63,970 nucleotides of DNA, filler included, from Circinaria calcarea (GCA_051942165.1; 6 parts of 6 records of this genome joined end to end with filler, not necessarily neighbours in it); one strand, 5' to 3'; shown: positions 50,050-62,622, counted from the whole stretch's first letter. Notes: generated by a model not told the origin, from the sequence alone. Numbers and translations: made by a program.

Positions 50050-51193
50050 ACTGTCCGAGTTTGTGGTAAGAGCAGTGGCTACAAAGGGCCCTTAACGAAG
50101 GAAGGAGAATAACATTGGAGAGGTGGCTTTGGCTGGGAACGTCTATGCATGTTGATGGAATTTTTCATAACCGGAACCATCTACTCTCTATCCGCTCCCG
50201 AGTGCCAAAAAAAGTCAAGGAGAAGGAGGGAAAAGGAACGAACGGGTCCCACTGTATGTACACTCCTATCACCTACGCACATCCCCCAATAATCATAGCT
50301 GTAACACCCTCCCCCGATTAGACAATAAAAACATCTTTTTTCCCGTATATTGAGAGTCCGGGTCAGTGCCACGTGACCTGGACCGTCAAATTTTCCGTGC
50401 CAAGAATAGGCAATAAGGAATATATTTCAAAGTCCAGGTCAGCGACATGTGAAGGTTTTCGGAAGCCCAAATCCAGCGAAAATTCCACGTCGCGGCGCAT
50501 ATTAATTTTACTTAACAATGAAGCTCTACGTATACATGCCAAAATCATGAATTTCGGGCGTAAAGTAATATGGATTTTTCGTTTAAAAATCTTGATTCTT
50601 GGGATTGCGCCCTGTCATGCTCTACCTTTATGGTAGGGGGTGGCGATCACATCGCTTAGTTGGCGTCGTGGCGTATACTGAAAACCTTTCACTCGCACAT
50701 TTCTTCTGCTGTTATGCTTACTTCTCGCACATACTGCGTATAGCCATCGTATTGCTCGTGCCTCACATTACCATATATTTTAAGTTTAAATACTTTTTAA
50801 CTAAAGTACTCTACGGCCTCACAGCAGCTGGACTTGGACCAAACTGCCAGTTCTAGATTAACAGTCCAAGCGCCAAAATTAATAAGAATTAGACATGTGA
50901 GAGTACGCATCATCGGAATGGACCAGGACTAGCGGTTCCAGTCTGAACTGCGGTCTGGACCGCTAAGGCTTGAAATACATGGTAGAACAATTCTTTTAAA
51001 AAGGTATTAAAATTTAATTTCCGGTACTTAGGAGCTCGGGAATAATTACAGTGTTGATTATAAAAGCTTAATATCACGGAGCTTTTTGGTGTGGTGTTTT
51101 AGTCAATTAATCACACGATATAATATAAATGGAGCCTAGGCTAGAGCCTAAATTTCACGGAAAATTAAAATTCGGGAAAAAAAAACCCCCTTA

Positions 51194-51937
51194 TTACCTA
51201 AACCGCCCCAACGCCTCCCGAATGCTCCGTTCGTACCCTTCATCTTCGTCGTCGGTTCCCCCATATATATCGCTCGGATACGCCGTCCCCCGCCGCTGCC
51301 TCGAACTCGTATATCGCTCCCTTTCGTCGCGCCGAGAGGAAGAAGAATAGCGGGTCGAGGACGTGCGTCTGGGGTTCTGGTACCGCGAATCCGGATCGTA
51401 AGGGTTCGACGTGTTTTCGTACCCGCCGCTGCCCTCGGGTGCGGCGTACCGTCCGCGGGAATAACGCCGTCCGTGACGGCGGTACTCCGGCTGACGGCGG
51501 TAGTCGCTCTCGCCCGTGTGGAACTGCGAGTCGTTGATGCGGGTTTCCCTCGGGTCCACGAAAAGGGTCCTCTCTTCCTCTGTCCAGCCCAGATTGCGGT
51601 TCCGGAACCGGTCGTACGGTGAGTCCCCGCTCACGCTCCCCCGTGCCCGCCTTTCGCGCCAATGCCGGTCGCTACGGGAGCTTTCTTCGTTGGCTCGCGT
51701 CATCCTCGACTCGTCATATCTCAACCGGGCCGAAGTCCGGTCTGGATCGGAGCGCGGGTAGGAGGCGTAGAGGTCGTATTCGGATTGGCGGGTTGTGTGT
51801 GAGATATTGCTATCCTCGGCTCGCACGCAGGAGGGGCAGTAGCGGACGTCGAAGTCCATGGTGCTGCCGGACCAGGGGAGGGAGGAGGAGGTGCGGATGT
51901 GGTGGCCGCAGACGGAGGCGCGGATGGAGTAGGTCAT
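51194..51937 (-). CDS. Hypothetical protein with N-terminal CGH...CxxC motif and Arg/Ser/Tyr-rich tail
   Basis: GC-rich intact ORF starting MTYSIRASVCGHH...YCPSC, preceded by a typical CA-rich 5' leader. Confidence 0.65.
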   Translation of the reverse strand: MTYSIRASVCGHHIRTSSSLPWSGSTMDFDVRYCPSCVRAEDSNISHTTRQSEYDLYASYPRSDPDRTSARLRYDESRMTRANEESSRSDRHWRERRARGSVSGDSPYDRFRNRNLGWTEEERTLFVDPRETRINDSQFHTGESDYRRQPEYRRHGRRYSRGRYAAPEGSGGYENTSNPYDPDSRYQNPRRTSSTRYSSSSRRDERERYTSSRQRRGTAYPSDIYGGTDDEDEGYERSIREALGRFR

Positions 51938-52596
51938 ATTTTCTTGCTCTGTTGTGTTTGAGAGTTTGTGTGGGTTGGTGGGTTTGTACGGATAGTTCTT
52001 AATAGGGATTAAGCTTCTGGTTGTTTGAACTGAATTCTGAGTGATTTTGGTATTAAGCTGAGAGTTGGTTAGCAAAGTGGGTGGTGGTTCAAGAGGTAGG
52101 AAAACGCTTTTATACTTCTCCCTCCGGCGTTAACTGTTGATATTGTCGAGGACGTGGAAGGGTTACAAAGATAGACAATGGCATTGTCCAATTCTCTATG
52201 TTTGACAAGACAATTCCTTTATGAAGGTAATTGTTCTTCAACCACGCACAAAGAGGGAAGCCCCCATCATGGACAAAGAACTTACTGTTCATCCCAGATT
52301 CTATAGTTCAGCAAGATCAAACAGGAGACTCGTATCAAGGACTGGGGTAGATGGGGTGCATAGTAGTAAAAGTTGTCCGTAAAATAATAATTGATTTCGC
52401 ACAAGATCTGATCAACTACATCTGACCCTCGCTACGTAGTAATACAAGGGAGACACCAATCCATACCCTTAGAACGCTGTTTCTCTGCTATTTCTGTGGC
52501 TTCAAAACGCAGGTATGCCATGCTTAGTCCATGAGCCGCTTCCACATACAAATAGCAGTAAGAAAACCAACCATGAGTATATCGAAATTCCCAACC

Positions 52597-53320
52597 TCAC
52601 CGTCTAGTACTCATCCTCTCCAATCTAATCTGCGCGTCTTCCTCTTCTGCAACGCCCAACTCCTCTCCAGGCAAGAGTACAGCTCTGTCAATCGCGACCG
52701 GCAATCCCCTATGCCTTCCCCGGATCATGACCGCGCAAAGGATCAACTTGCTTAGGGTGTGCCATCCGCCGCAAAAGCTATACGCCACACCCGGTAATCC
52801 AACGCTGATACCGACACAGCCGTAAGCGGAAATGACTTCGAAGATGATATTGAAGGCGGAGTAGTTGATAGGATCGCGCTCGAAATGAGAAGTCTCGGTA
52901 ATGACGATGAAGAGCACGGCGAGTACGATCCACCACAGATCATGGGCTAGTTGCCCTCTTAATTGCTGGCGAACAAAATACCCCCTCGGTTCTCTGGAAC
53001 CCCTTTGATTGGTGACACGTCGGAGCAAATTCCGTAAAAATGGCCCCCGCGCATTTGCCTCTTCAGACATGTGATCAGGGGCTCTGTCGTCAGAATAAAT
53101 ACCGAGACTTCTTTCTTCGTATACGTTGGAATTGCGCATGGTGATGACAACGGGGTAAACGGATATATACATCATAATCACATAGAGAACGAGAAGACCG
53201 ATACGGAGTTGAGCAATGGAGACAACGTAGAAACCACCAGAGCGTACAGCCACCGCTTGAAACAGACCATCAAGAGCACGAGCACCGCCGGGTAAATTGG
53301 TGATTGTAGAGTTGCCAATC
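52597..53320 (-). CDS. TRK1: Trk/HKT-family potassium transporter (3' part)
   Basis: AVRSGGF, MMYISVYPV, SNVYEERSLGIY, QLAHDLWW, FEVISAYGCVGISVG, MIRGRHRGLPVAID. Paralogue identity uncertain. Confidence 0.9.
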
Positions 53321-53420
53321 NNNNNNNNNNNNNNNNNNNNNNNNNNNNNNNNNNNNNNNNNNNNTTAATTAATTAANNNNNNNNNNNNNNNNNNNNNNNN
53401 NNNNNNNNNNNNNNNNNNNN
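53321..53420. other. Artificial contig spacer
   Basis: Same linker. Confidence 0.99.
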
Positions 53421-53765
53421 GCGGTCGAACCATCCACCGAACGCACACATAGCAGAGGTTTTCTGCTATGCAGTTCCATAGTGAAGTCCACACACATAGA
53501 CTGGTAGTTACCATAGCCAATACAGCCTATTCCACCCTGTATTACCTCCATTATTTCACAATTTATTAATAAATAATTATGGTACGGCTATTTTAGCTAG
53601 CGGCTTTTATTTCTTTTTACGGAGATCGCTTTAAAGAAAATCGGACCCCGAAACTGCGCCTATACTTTTATTACATGCCCCACGACGTTTTAGCGCTTAA
53701 CACAGAAGTTTATCTTCATTCACCCGCAACCTGCATCTTTGGTAAAGCACGCAGCACTGTTCAGC

Positions 53766-54797
53766 ATGGCGTTTATTCGGGCCTTGTGGTTAAATTTCAA
53801 GGATGACTTCGGCGACCTGCTGGAGGCAACCGATTTCTCGGTCGTAACATGGTTGGCGTTAGGAGCCGGTCTACAACTACTGAGCCAATCGTGGCTACCA
53901 TCAGGCCTGAGCTACTGGCTCCCGCTTCTTTATCTCATCTATCGCGCTACTAAGGCGACCATTGATTGCCGTCGTATCTTCACCGGCACCTTCGACACTA
54001 TTATATTTGGACGGTGGTCGGCCACATTTCCCGAGCTAGAAGATCCGTCAGCCGCCACTGCGACTTCGGACGGCGTTGTCTGTTTCTTACTTGGGGCGCG
54101 CATCAATCAGTTTGTACCTCTGTTTACGCCGAGAAGGCGCGTTCGAGTCGACAGTATTTTGCTGACATACCGCAGTCCTCTAGGCAAGCTTGCGCCCGGC
54201 AATGCCGAAATCGATAAAGTGTTCAAGGACATGTGGGTCGAGGCGGAGAAGAATCGAACCCAATGGTCCTGTAAGTTGCAACACCGACCGCTTCTTTTGC
54301 TTGCGTCCCTCAGCTCAATCTCATCTATTGGGTCTCTACTCAGATCTCGGGAGAACCGCCACCTTGTTCGATATTTCGGATCATGAAGGGATTACCAGCT
54401 TCTGGGTTTCGTATTGGAAGGATCTCAAGGGCCTTCAGGCATTCGCAACTACATCTGCCCACCGTCTAGGCCAGAATGCCTACTTGAAGGGCAGGTATCC
54501 GTATATGGGGATCATGCACGAGACCTATCATTCGCCAAAGGGCTGCTGGGAGACTATCTATGACAACGTGCCACCTCTCGGATTAGGTAAGTGAACATTT
54601 CAAACGCTGCAGCATTGGAAAGTGTGTTTGGTTAACCGCTGTGAAATTCTACAGGAAATGCTAAGTATGTGATCGGAGAGGGACCGAATGGCTTTAAACT
54701 GGGAGATCTACTTAAGCCAAACCCTAGAACGTCGACGATGTATAGTCGAATGGGTAGGGAGAAGGAGAAGCGAGAGGAAGCTTCAAAGGCGGATTAA
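53766..54797 (+). CDS. DUF4188/af470-like monooxygenase, multi-exon
   Basis: N-terminal membrane helices, VVCFLLGARIN, PLG.LAPG, SYWKDL.GL..FA...AHR, GIMHETY..P.G.WETIY.N..P.GLG. Confidence 0.8.
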
Positions 54798-54915
54798 ATT
54801 GATCCTAATACTAAGCCTTTTTTATTAATCTTTTCGACTCGTCCAGCTGTAGTGGCTGCGGTTTATAGCTTATTATGGAAGATCTTCCGTCATAGTGGTG
54901 GTGTCTTCCCAAGGG

Positions 54916-55315
54916 TGTTATGGCGCCACGCCATAAGATGCCACACCAAGGTCCGGGACGGAGGAACAAGGAGCCGGATGCTCCCAGTGCTCCCAGTGCT
55001 CCCAGAACTTGGCAGCAGGAGCACCAGGAGCAGGGTACGTGATATGCTCCGGGTGCTCCCAGTGATTCCACTAGGGATCAGTAGGAGCCGCGGGAGCTAT
55101 ATAAGCAGGATATTCCCGCTTATTAAAATAGCATATTGATAGACTGTAATAAAATAATAATCGGACCACTACGCTTGACTAATCGTGCACTACGGAGTGA
55201 TTCTATCCTTTATACCAATTTGGCTTATCCCAGCACCCTTACATCGGAGTCCGAAACGATGTATCTGCTGAAGTCGCCTCGGGCCAGAATACTATCCGCT
55301 ATAGTTGCACTAACA
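54916..55315 (+). mobile_element. Solo-LTR-like relic
   Basis: Begins TGTTA and ends TAACA, with internal gctcccagt tandem repeats and a tatataagcagg TATA-like box. No target-site duplication seen. Confidence 0.5.
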
Positions 55316-55483
55316 TATATTAATAGCTGGGATGCTGGTTTAGTAATATGCGCACCAGACTCTACTACGCCATATAGTACTCGCTGCACGCAGTGTTATA
55401 GAATCTGGAATTCGCAGCTATTAACCCTCAGTCCTCCGGCAGTTAACTTTGTTTTGCCAAAAACCTGAATTCTATCGGATAAC

Positions 55484-56716
55484 ATGAAGAATAAGCAGCA
55501 GTTTCGCGGTAAGGTGGGAGCCCAGGTCACGAAACTTAATAGGATAGCACAGTTTTGACGCATTTACAGACCGTGTTTGTCGCGGGTGGCTCTAGTGGAC
55601 TAGGTAAAGAAATATCAAAGGCATTAGCAGCTCAAGGTCAGCGACTGTACCCAGACAGTGATGTCCCGCTTAATAAAGGGATGAGATAGGCGCTCATATT
55701 ACAATCTTCGCTCGCCGGCAGGGACCGCTGAATGAAGCCAGAAATGAGATCCTCACTGCAAGGCAGGATATAGAACAGGAGGTGCACGCAGTACCGCTTG
55801 ACCTGGGAAATCCATCCCAGGTTCGATCGACTCTCCGAATCAAGTAAATCAGGTTTCGTCGCAGACTGGCTGATTGAGAGTGCAGCTTGATACGATCTTC
55901 CGGTCCCAAGCTCGACTTCCAGATATTTTATACTGCGTAGCAGGCGGCACCTCGACGGAGATTGGATTTATAAAAGACATTGATGCAGCAGATTTGGAAA
56001 GCTGCATGCGAAAAAATTACTTCACCGCCGCATACTCTGCACAGTCTATACTCAAAATATGGACAGAAGATGACCAAAAAACCACGACGCCAAGCTCTAG
56101 GCTTCGTCAAATCGTGTTTATCAACAGCGCCGCAGCGTTCGTGGGTATACCGGGCTATGTTGCCTACACCTGTAAGTTGAGCGCAAGGAGGAAGTACCAA
56201 GCGGGCTACCCGTTGACTTCACATCAAGCTTCAAAGTGCGCCGTGCGCGGTCTGGCAGATACGCTGAGGATGGAAACTCTCCGCCTCTCGAGCCCCGCAT
56301 CCACTTACACGATCCACTGCGCGTTTCCTTCCAACTTCATCACTACGGCGTTCCTCGAGGAGCAGATATCGAAACCGGAGTTGACGAAGCGGATAGAAGG
56401 CACGACGGGGACGAGGGCAGAATTGGAGCAACGATACCCCTCGGCGGAGCAGGTGGCCCAGGGAATCATTGCTGGTGTGGCGCGAGGCGATTTTGCGATT
56501 TGTGACGACTCGATGGAATCCGGCTTGCTCTTCGCTAACATGATCGGTCCGTCGCCCAAACGAGGTCGTGGTGTTGTTGACTCGCTGCTGGCAATAGTCA
56601 TGGGCCTATTTATCTGGCCTTTTCTCAGGAGCCGCTGGGATAAGATGTGCAAACGAGATCGTCTCTATTCAGCCGCACGTGATAATATAGATGGAGAGGC
56701 GCAGGCAGTAATCTAA
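55484..56716 (+). CDS. 3-ketodihydrosphingosine reductase (TSC10)-like short-chain dehydrogenase, multi-exon
   Basis: TVFVAGGSSGLG, IFARRQGPL, LYCVAGG, NYFTAAY, IVFINS, GYVAYT|SSK.AVRGLADTLRME, IHCAFP, EQISKPELTK.IEG, C-terminal PKRG plus hydrophobic helix. Confidence 0.88.
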
Positions 56717-57376
56717 GGTGATCTTTACTCATAGACCCTTTAAATCGCAATTATAACGGCAATAATAATAGCTATCACCTCGCATGCGTACGCCTAAGCA
56801 GCGTGGTAGTTCAAAATAAAATATCGGTAATTATATACTTGAATTTCCTCACGCGATCTCCGTTAGGCTTAGCGGACCCTTTTTTTCTTATGATTTTGTA
56901 GTTTCTAATAACGTTAATAGGAGTTGAACCTAATTTCAGTAATATCCCCTTCTGTCGAACTTAGCACTATGCACGTGAGCTCGCGAGTTTGGACACGAGA
57001 GTTCAATAAGCGAGGTATTAGCGCCTTCGCGTCACACACATAAAAGCGTTGTTTCTCTCTCCCTAATACTATAAACTCTTCATAGATTCCGAAGTGAACA
57101 CAAATTGCACTCGAATCACTACGTATGAACTGCCTCACATACTGCATTGTGCTCACGTAATAGAGACGTGATTCAGTGCCTACTTATTATACTTTACCGC
57201 GAGTATTCAGAGGACCAGTAAAGTTCGACACCTTATTTCGATTGCGCTCCCACGCGCTTTCCTAATGCACCTCCAGTCCTTCCGCCTCCGTCCAGCATCT
57301 TTGGGTTCGATAAGTCGTTGGTAAGTTGACCGTGCTGCTCTGACGATCAGCTCTCTCTCGCCCACGGGGTCCCCGA

Positions 57377-58749
57377 CTACCCCGACGCAAGCCTTCTCGT
57401 TAGAACACCAAACTGTTGCATTAAGGACCTGACGAGCTGTCGGAGATTCCCATATTCCGCTCCATCATGGCCCCATGATGGCTTCCCGTGTCGGCTCAAA
57501 ACTCCGCGCTCAACCCTCGAGATTATGACTTTTAACAGGGCACTGATTCTGTCTAGCTTCCTGGATATCAATGCTGTTTGGACAAAGCTACATTCCTCCT
57601 CCGTCAGCTCGTGTCGGCCCATGGCCATTCGGAAATTTGGACCACGCTTGCTGTGGGGATGACACTGGCCCTGGGACCAGGTAAGGATCGTTTGGAATAC
57701 CATAACGAGCTGCATCGCTACGTAGGAGTCGTGCAGACACTGGGTACATCTTAATTGGTTCTCGGTGACATTCAAGACCAGGTTCACGCAGGTAACAAGG
57801 GTATCTGCCTGGACGGGGTATTGGCGCTTCTCGATCGTCTGAAGCTTGCACAGAACATCGGCGTACTTCCGCAGGCACCGGCACAGTGTCGGCTGTTGTT
57901 GTTCAAACTGTGTGATTGTGGATCCAGCCGTCTCTTCCAGTCGCGCCGCGACAGTATCCAGAGAGATGGGCTTGTTAGTCCCAAACATAGAGGAGTGTGA
58001 GTATGAGAGCGGCAAATCTAGACAGTCTCAATTTTCTTCCTTTGAAGCCAGTACCTTGTAGAACATACCGGTGTCTGTGGAACCTGAAAAGAACTGCTGG
58101 TTCATGCTTGGTGATGATGACTGGTTCGGCATTTAGTCAATGGAGGCGCACAACGAGGACGAGCACTCACATTAAACCAATCATCTGGAGCATCTGCCCA
58201 CGGCCTTCGCGACTCTAGTTCTTTAAGCTCCTCGAAGTCAGGAAGCTCTAGGTCTGCAGCATAAAGGGCTAATCTGTCGCCACCCTCAAAACATGCATCA
58301 TCATCACCATCAGGGAAGTCCTGTTCGGGGGTGAATATGGACTGCGATAGATCGGGAAGACTGATCGGGGGGGATTGAGGCCGAAAATTCGATGTGCTGG
58401 ACATCTGAAGTGGATCGAGAGAGTCGTCGCCGCCTTCCCGGTGCTCGCTCTCAGTATCCAAGGCTCCGTGACCATCGTTTCTGCTGCCATTGCTTTGGGG
58501 GATGGAGGTATCGCCGCCCCCGCCGCCTCCGCCGCTGATATCCTCCAGACTCCCTTCTTTTGCCTGGCGCAATCTCTCAAGTGTCTTTCTGTTCTTGCAT
58601 CCCGGTGGTTTTCCAGTCCGCCTAGCGAGGCTGTAGTGACAGTGTTGGGGGCTGTCGGTGCACCGCTCGCACGGAGGACCTCCGCCAGAACACTTCACCT
58701 TGCTGGTATGGCACTGGTCGCAGGCAGCTTTGTGCTTGAAAGCGCGCAT
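57377..58749 (-). CDS. Zn(II)2Cys6 pathway-type transcription factor
   Basis: CDQCHTSKVKCSGGGPPCERCTDSPQHCHYS followed by GKPPG.KNRKT. One intron (~58084-58170), and an AflR-like C-terminal region with a CxxC. Confidence 0.9.
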
Positions 58750-58966
58750 CTTCCCTTGTCCCGCCTCTGGTCTCGAGTGTCCAGCAGCTGCTTCAGCATG
58801 TTGAGAGAAGTGAAGGCGATTGCGCAATAATATCCTGCGCCCATCGCCTCGCCACCGGGGAGCGACATGCGAGTTAAGCAAGCTGAATCTAGTCCCCGCT
58901 CCAGGCCTGCGCCGAGCTGAGCCAGCTCAGGCAGCTGAGGCACAGCTGTGTACCAAGACACGCAAA

Positions 58967-59043
58967 TGCCCTAAAACGAAGTGAAACGAAGTGGAAGGGT
59001 TTAATTTGGGCGGGAGATTTTCCGAACCGAACCAAAATTTTGC
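58967..59043. repeat. Short dispersed repeat shared with 39771-39847
   Basis: See partner feature. Followed by local direct repeats (attaaccttccatattcagcatac-like at ~59307 and ~59410). Confidence 0.55.
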
Positions 59044-59473
59044 GGTATTCTCATTCTGTGTGAAGACGGATGCATAATACAGGGGCATGGCAGGCCTAGT
59101 ATGGCGCATTTCGCACGAATGACACTGAATGCCCTCCGCTATTGCCACGAAAACTGAACCATAGCCCTCTATCATAGTGCGCGCTCCGTGTATTATAGCC
59201 AAAATCCATGCCTTTCGTGCCTTTCATGCCTTCCGGGCCTTCCGCCCTCAGTGTAACGTTGCAATCAGGCCCTCGGAATACGTCGTATTGTGCGCCGAAC
59301 CAGCTAATTAACCTTCCATATTCAGCATACCCCTCTATCAATATACCCTGCAATCATGCCTTCGAATACGCCGCCGAACTATATCTTCCAGAATATACCG
59401 AACCGGCGAATTAACTTTCCATATTCAGTATACTTTTCCGAATTTATATTATTTATATAATAATTCGAGCTAG

Positions 59474-59809
59474 TATTATAGCGCCAGCACCATGACATGT
59501 ACTACACCAGGAGAGGAGTTAGTGCCGGGACGGACTAACCTTAACCCAGTGCTCGTAAGTGCTCAGGGCATGAGCATGGATGAGCAGGGTCGGCGCTCAT
59601 GGGTGCTCAGGGCATGAGCATAGATGAGCAGGACTTTATATAAGCAGGCTGTTCGGCGCTCTTTAGAATAGCATGCTTATAGAACCATAACGAGTTCAAT
59701 ATACTCCTTTGATATTGAGCCTAGGGCAACAGTTCAACTACACCGTGCTAGTACCAATCGGGACTTATCATATTCCTCAATAGGCCCCAAGGATTGCAGC
59801 GCCCTTACA
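59474..59809 (+). mobile_element. Second solo-LTR-like relic related to 54916-55315
   Basis: Start tattatagcgcca versus tgttatggcgcca; shared tatataagcagg...aatagcat block; internal direct repeat gtgctcagggcatgagcat.gatgagcagg x2; ends ttaca. Confidence 0.45.
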
Positions 59810-59951
59810 ATAAGCGTATGATTTATTGCTAAAACCTTTCTCGCTAAGCCAACACCTCGTGACCTCGGTGTATAATTCCCCCGTAGGGTTCGTAGGGGTT
59901 CTCGGGTAGAGACCTTTATAATATTATAAATATTTTATTAATAAATTAAGC

Positions 59952-62212
59952 AAAAAGGTATATACACTATAATGGAAAATTGTACATGGGAGAAATGATT
60001 GGGAGTAGTAGCTTATTAATAATGTTTGGGTGATTAAATAATTTCTCGACTAATGTCACATCGACTCTGCTTTGTTCAATCCGAGTAGTGCCGGTACGCC
60101 CGCCCTTCGAGTCGATGTCTCATACCCTGGAGGCTTCCGGACCGCCTCGAATCTTTCCTTAGGTACAATAAGGGGGCATCTTAAAAGGATAAGAGGTAGG
60201 CAGCGCACCGAAAAGGAAATCATCGAGATAGATCGGGGTATTCGCCACCCCGGCCGGGAAAATGAACGTAAACGTCACGACACCCGATGTGGTCCCGGAA
60301 TAATCTTGTCTGGTAATCTCCGAATATCCCACGCCGTTTCCTCCCGGGATGGAGCAGACCCCACCGGGACAGGGTGAAGAAATACCTCCGTAAGTGCGCG
60401 GCGGGGTCCCGTCGTCGGCCTGGATTTCGAAGCTGTACTTGGAGTTGGTGTTGGTGGGATCTTGGAGGCCGATGTGGAAGGTGAAGACGTAGTCGGTCGT
60501 CGGGACGAAGCAGACTCGGGTGGTCAGAGTAACAGAGGTTCCGTCGTTGTTCGCGGATGGACTGGCTTTGCTGTTTATGGACACGTTTAGCGCTGTTTAC
60601 GGGAATAGGTTCAAGACGGAGCAGCGAACTGAAGTCCAAGTAGAAAATAAACTTACAAGGCAGTACAATACCGATAAGGTATCGTACATTGCGAGCAAGT
60701 GCTGATTACACCGTGGCTTGGGTCGAAGGATCCTTGGCTGGCAGGAGCAAAGGACCTAATAAGAAAATATGTTATCATTGCCATCGCTAGGGTATTGGTT
60801 GACAAAGGATGAACTCGGAGTTCTAATTACCAGATGTCATGCGATCGCTCAAAATCTGCGTCAGAGATTTGGTTGGGGTAAGAGGCCCTCGAGTATACCC
60901 CAGGTGGCAATGGTTGCACCACACCGGGCAACGACTTGGTGCAAGTACTGGTCGGCGGTGCCAAAGCAGATGTGGTCGGAGTGGTCGCAATGCACGAGCA
61001 TGCAGAGGTAATCCGGGAGGCTAAACCAGAACATGGCGATACAAAAGCAGGCGTACTCGTGGCCGGGGGAGTGGCCGCAGTGTACGTAGAACAAAAGGCG
61101 TAGGCCGCACCGTCAGAAGTATGGCCACGCAATGCGCGCAGACAGTTGTCGGCATTACATACTGCAGAGGCGAGACGAGGTAAGAGCAGGAGATAAGCGG
61201 ACAGAACAAGCTTAACTGTCTGCATGATCATCATAGCTGCTTGTAAGACGTAGATATAAAGGCAGATGAATTGAGAAAATGTACACAGTCGGAGAAATGT
61301 CTTGAAGAGAGGCACCTCAGCAAGACTTTAAGCGGTGGCCTAAAACCGTTAAAAGGGTGAATCGAGTCAATGTTCGTATGTATGCTCCGAGATCCTATAC
61401 GGTATGCTTGTTTCATTCAATCCCACGGAACATTTTTCCAAGCTAAACATTCTGTCCTGCAGGCCTAGAACGCCAGCGATTCGCGAAAAACGTGTTAGAT
61501 GTACCAGAGCATGAAAGTAAGGTACTGCATATACGAGACAGATCATCGGGCATGTGGATTGGAAGGCTAGGGAGATCCCATCTCAGACAGGCACACGCGA
61601 GAGAGTCGAGCTCAGAACCAATCAGAGCGTCCCGTAGACGTAGATAGGCGAGTTTCCAGCCCTAATCATGCAGGCACAAAGCTTGCGTTGCCAGTATACG
61701 AGGCGGGTGAGCAAAATCGCTGCCGAAAATAGCAATATAGTGCTGGAGGACCTCTCACACAGAAATTATAGCTCTTCAAATAAAATAAGACCCCAAACGT
61801 AAATCGTCGCTCCAAAGACTCGATCAATAGGTAGTGGGAATGGAGCACCACTAATACACTGATTATCTCTTCATCGACAACGATTTCTGCACAGCGACCT
61901 CGATTGTAGGATGCGGTAGTAGGAGTGATTGGATCATCCCGTCCACACCCATAAACTACCCGTCTCATCGTGAGCATCTGTCTGTGTCCACCAAGCCAAG
62001 GGCCATAGTTCCAGACCAACCCTAGCGGTAAACTAAGCCTAATGAGACAGCACAATTGTACAGATGGATCCAGCGATGCCAGATCTCATGCAAGCCTTCA
62101 TTGGGCCAAGAGTTGATCCTTTACTATTGTCGTTAACGGCATGATGTGAGTGGTTGAATCCTCAACATTCTGAGCTCATCGTCGGACGCTCATTAAACCG
62201 TTCCAGGCGCAC
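59952..62212. repeat. Segmental duplication copy B
   Basis: Matches 3770-5810, with ~200 bp extra at ~61695-61905. Confidence 0.95.
60159..61234 (-). CDS. Secreted Cys-rich protein, copy B (3 exons, intact)
   Basis: Same exon structure and nearly the same protein as 3980-5056. Confidence 0.85.
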
Positions 62213-62503
62213 CAAGCGAGCCCGGTAAGCGCGTTCCGTAACCAACCTCGTCTCCATTGTGCCGGGTATCTTATTGCCTCCCTATGTACTGTGGTAGTCC
62301 TCCGCACGTAGTAGAGATTAGAACTTTTATCCTCAACTGTAGTACGCTCAAATAGTTGTAACATTCAACGTGATCAAGTTCCTGCCGGTAAGAGTCGGCG
62401 AGCTTATACTGGCAATTAGGCTATGGAGTAATACCCCTTGAATAGTCCGGCGCCTTATGCAGGATTAGTGTGAATATATTTAGAAATTAGACCTCATTCT
62501 CTC

Positions 62504-62622
62504 ACATACGACCATAGACTCAAGAGAATTGGGCATCCCGTCCGCTCTGCCATACACAAGCTTGAGATCGGCTGATTAGTAGTTGGGTGGGTGACCACCA
62601 GCGAATACCAGCTGTTGTATGT
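62504..62622 (+). rRNA. 5S rRNA (dispersed copy)
   Basis: 119 nt: ACATACGACCATAG...CCCGTCCGCTC...TTAGTAGTTGGGTGGGTGACCACCAGCGAA...CTGTTGTATGT with complementary ends. TATA-like element ~29 bp upstream. Confidence 0.97.

Noticed and set aside
47400..52500. Gasdermin or other death effector paired with the protease
   Set aside because: No recognisable gasdermin-like ORF flanks the protease on this contig.
54975..55065. Short gctcccagt repeats as a CRISPR-like array
   Set aside because: Eukaryotic context, 9-bp units, no unique spacers; part of an LTR-like relic.
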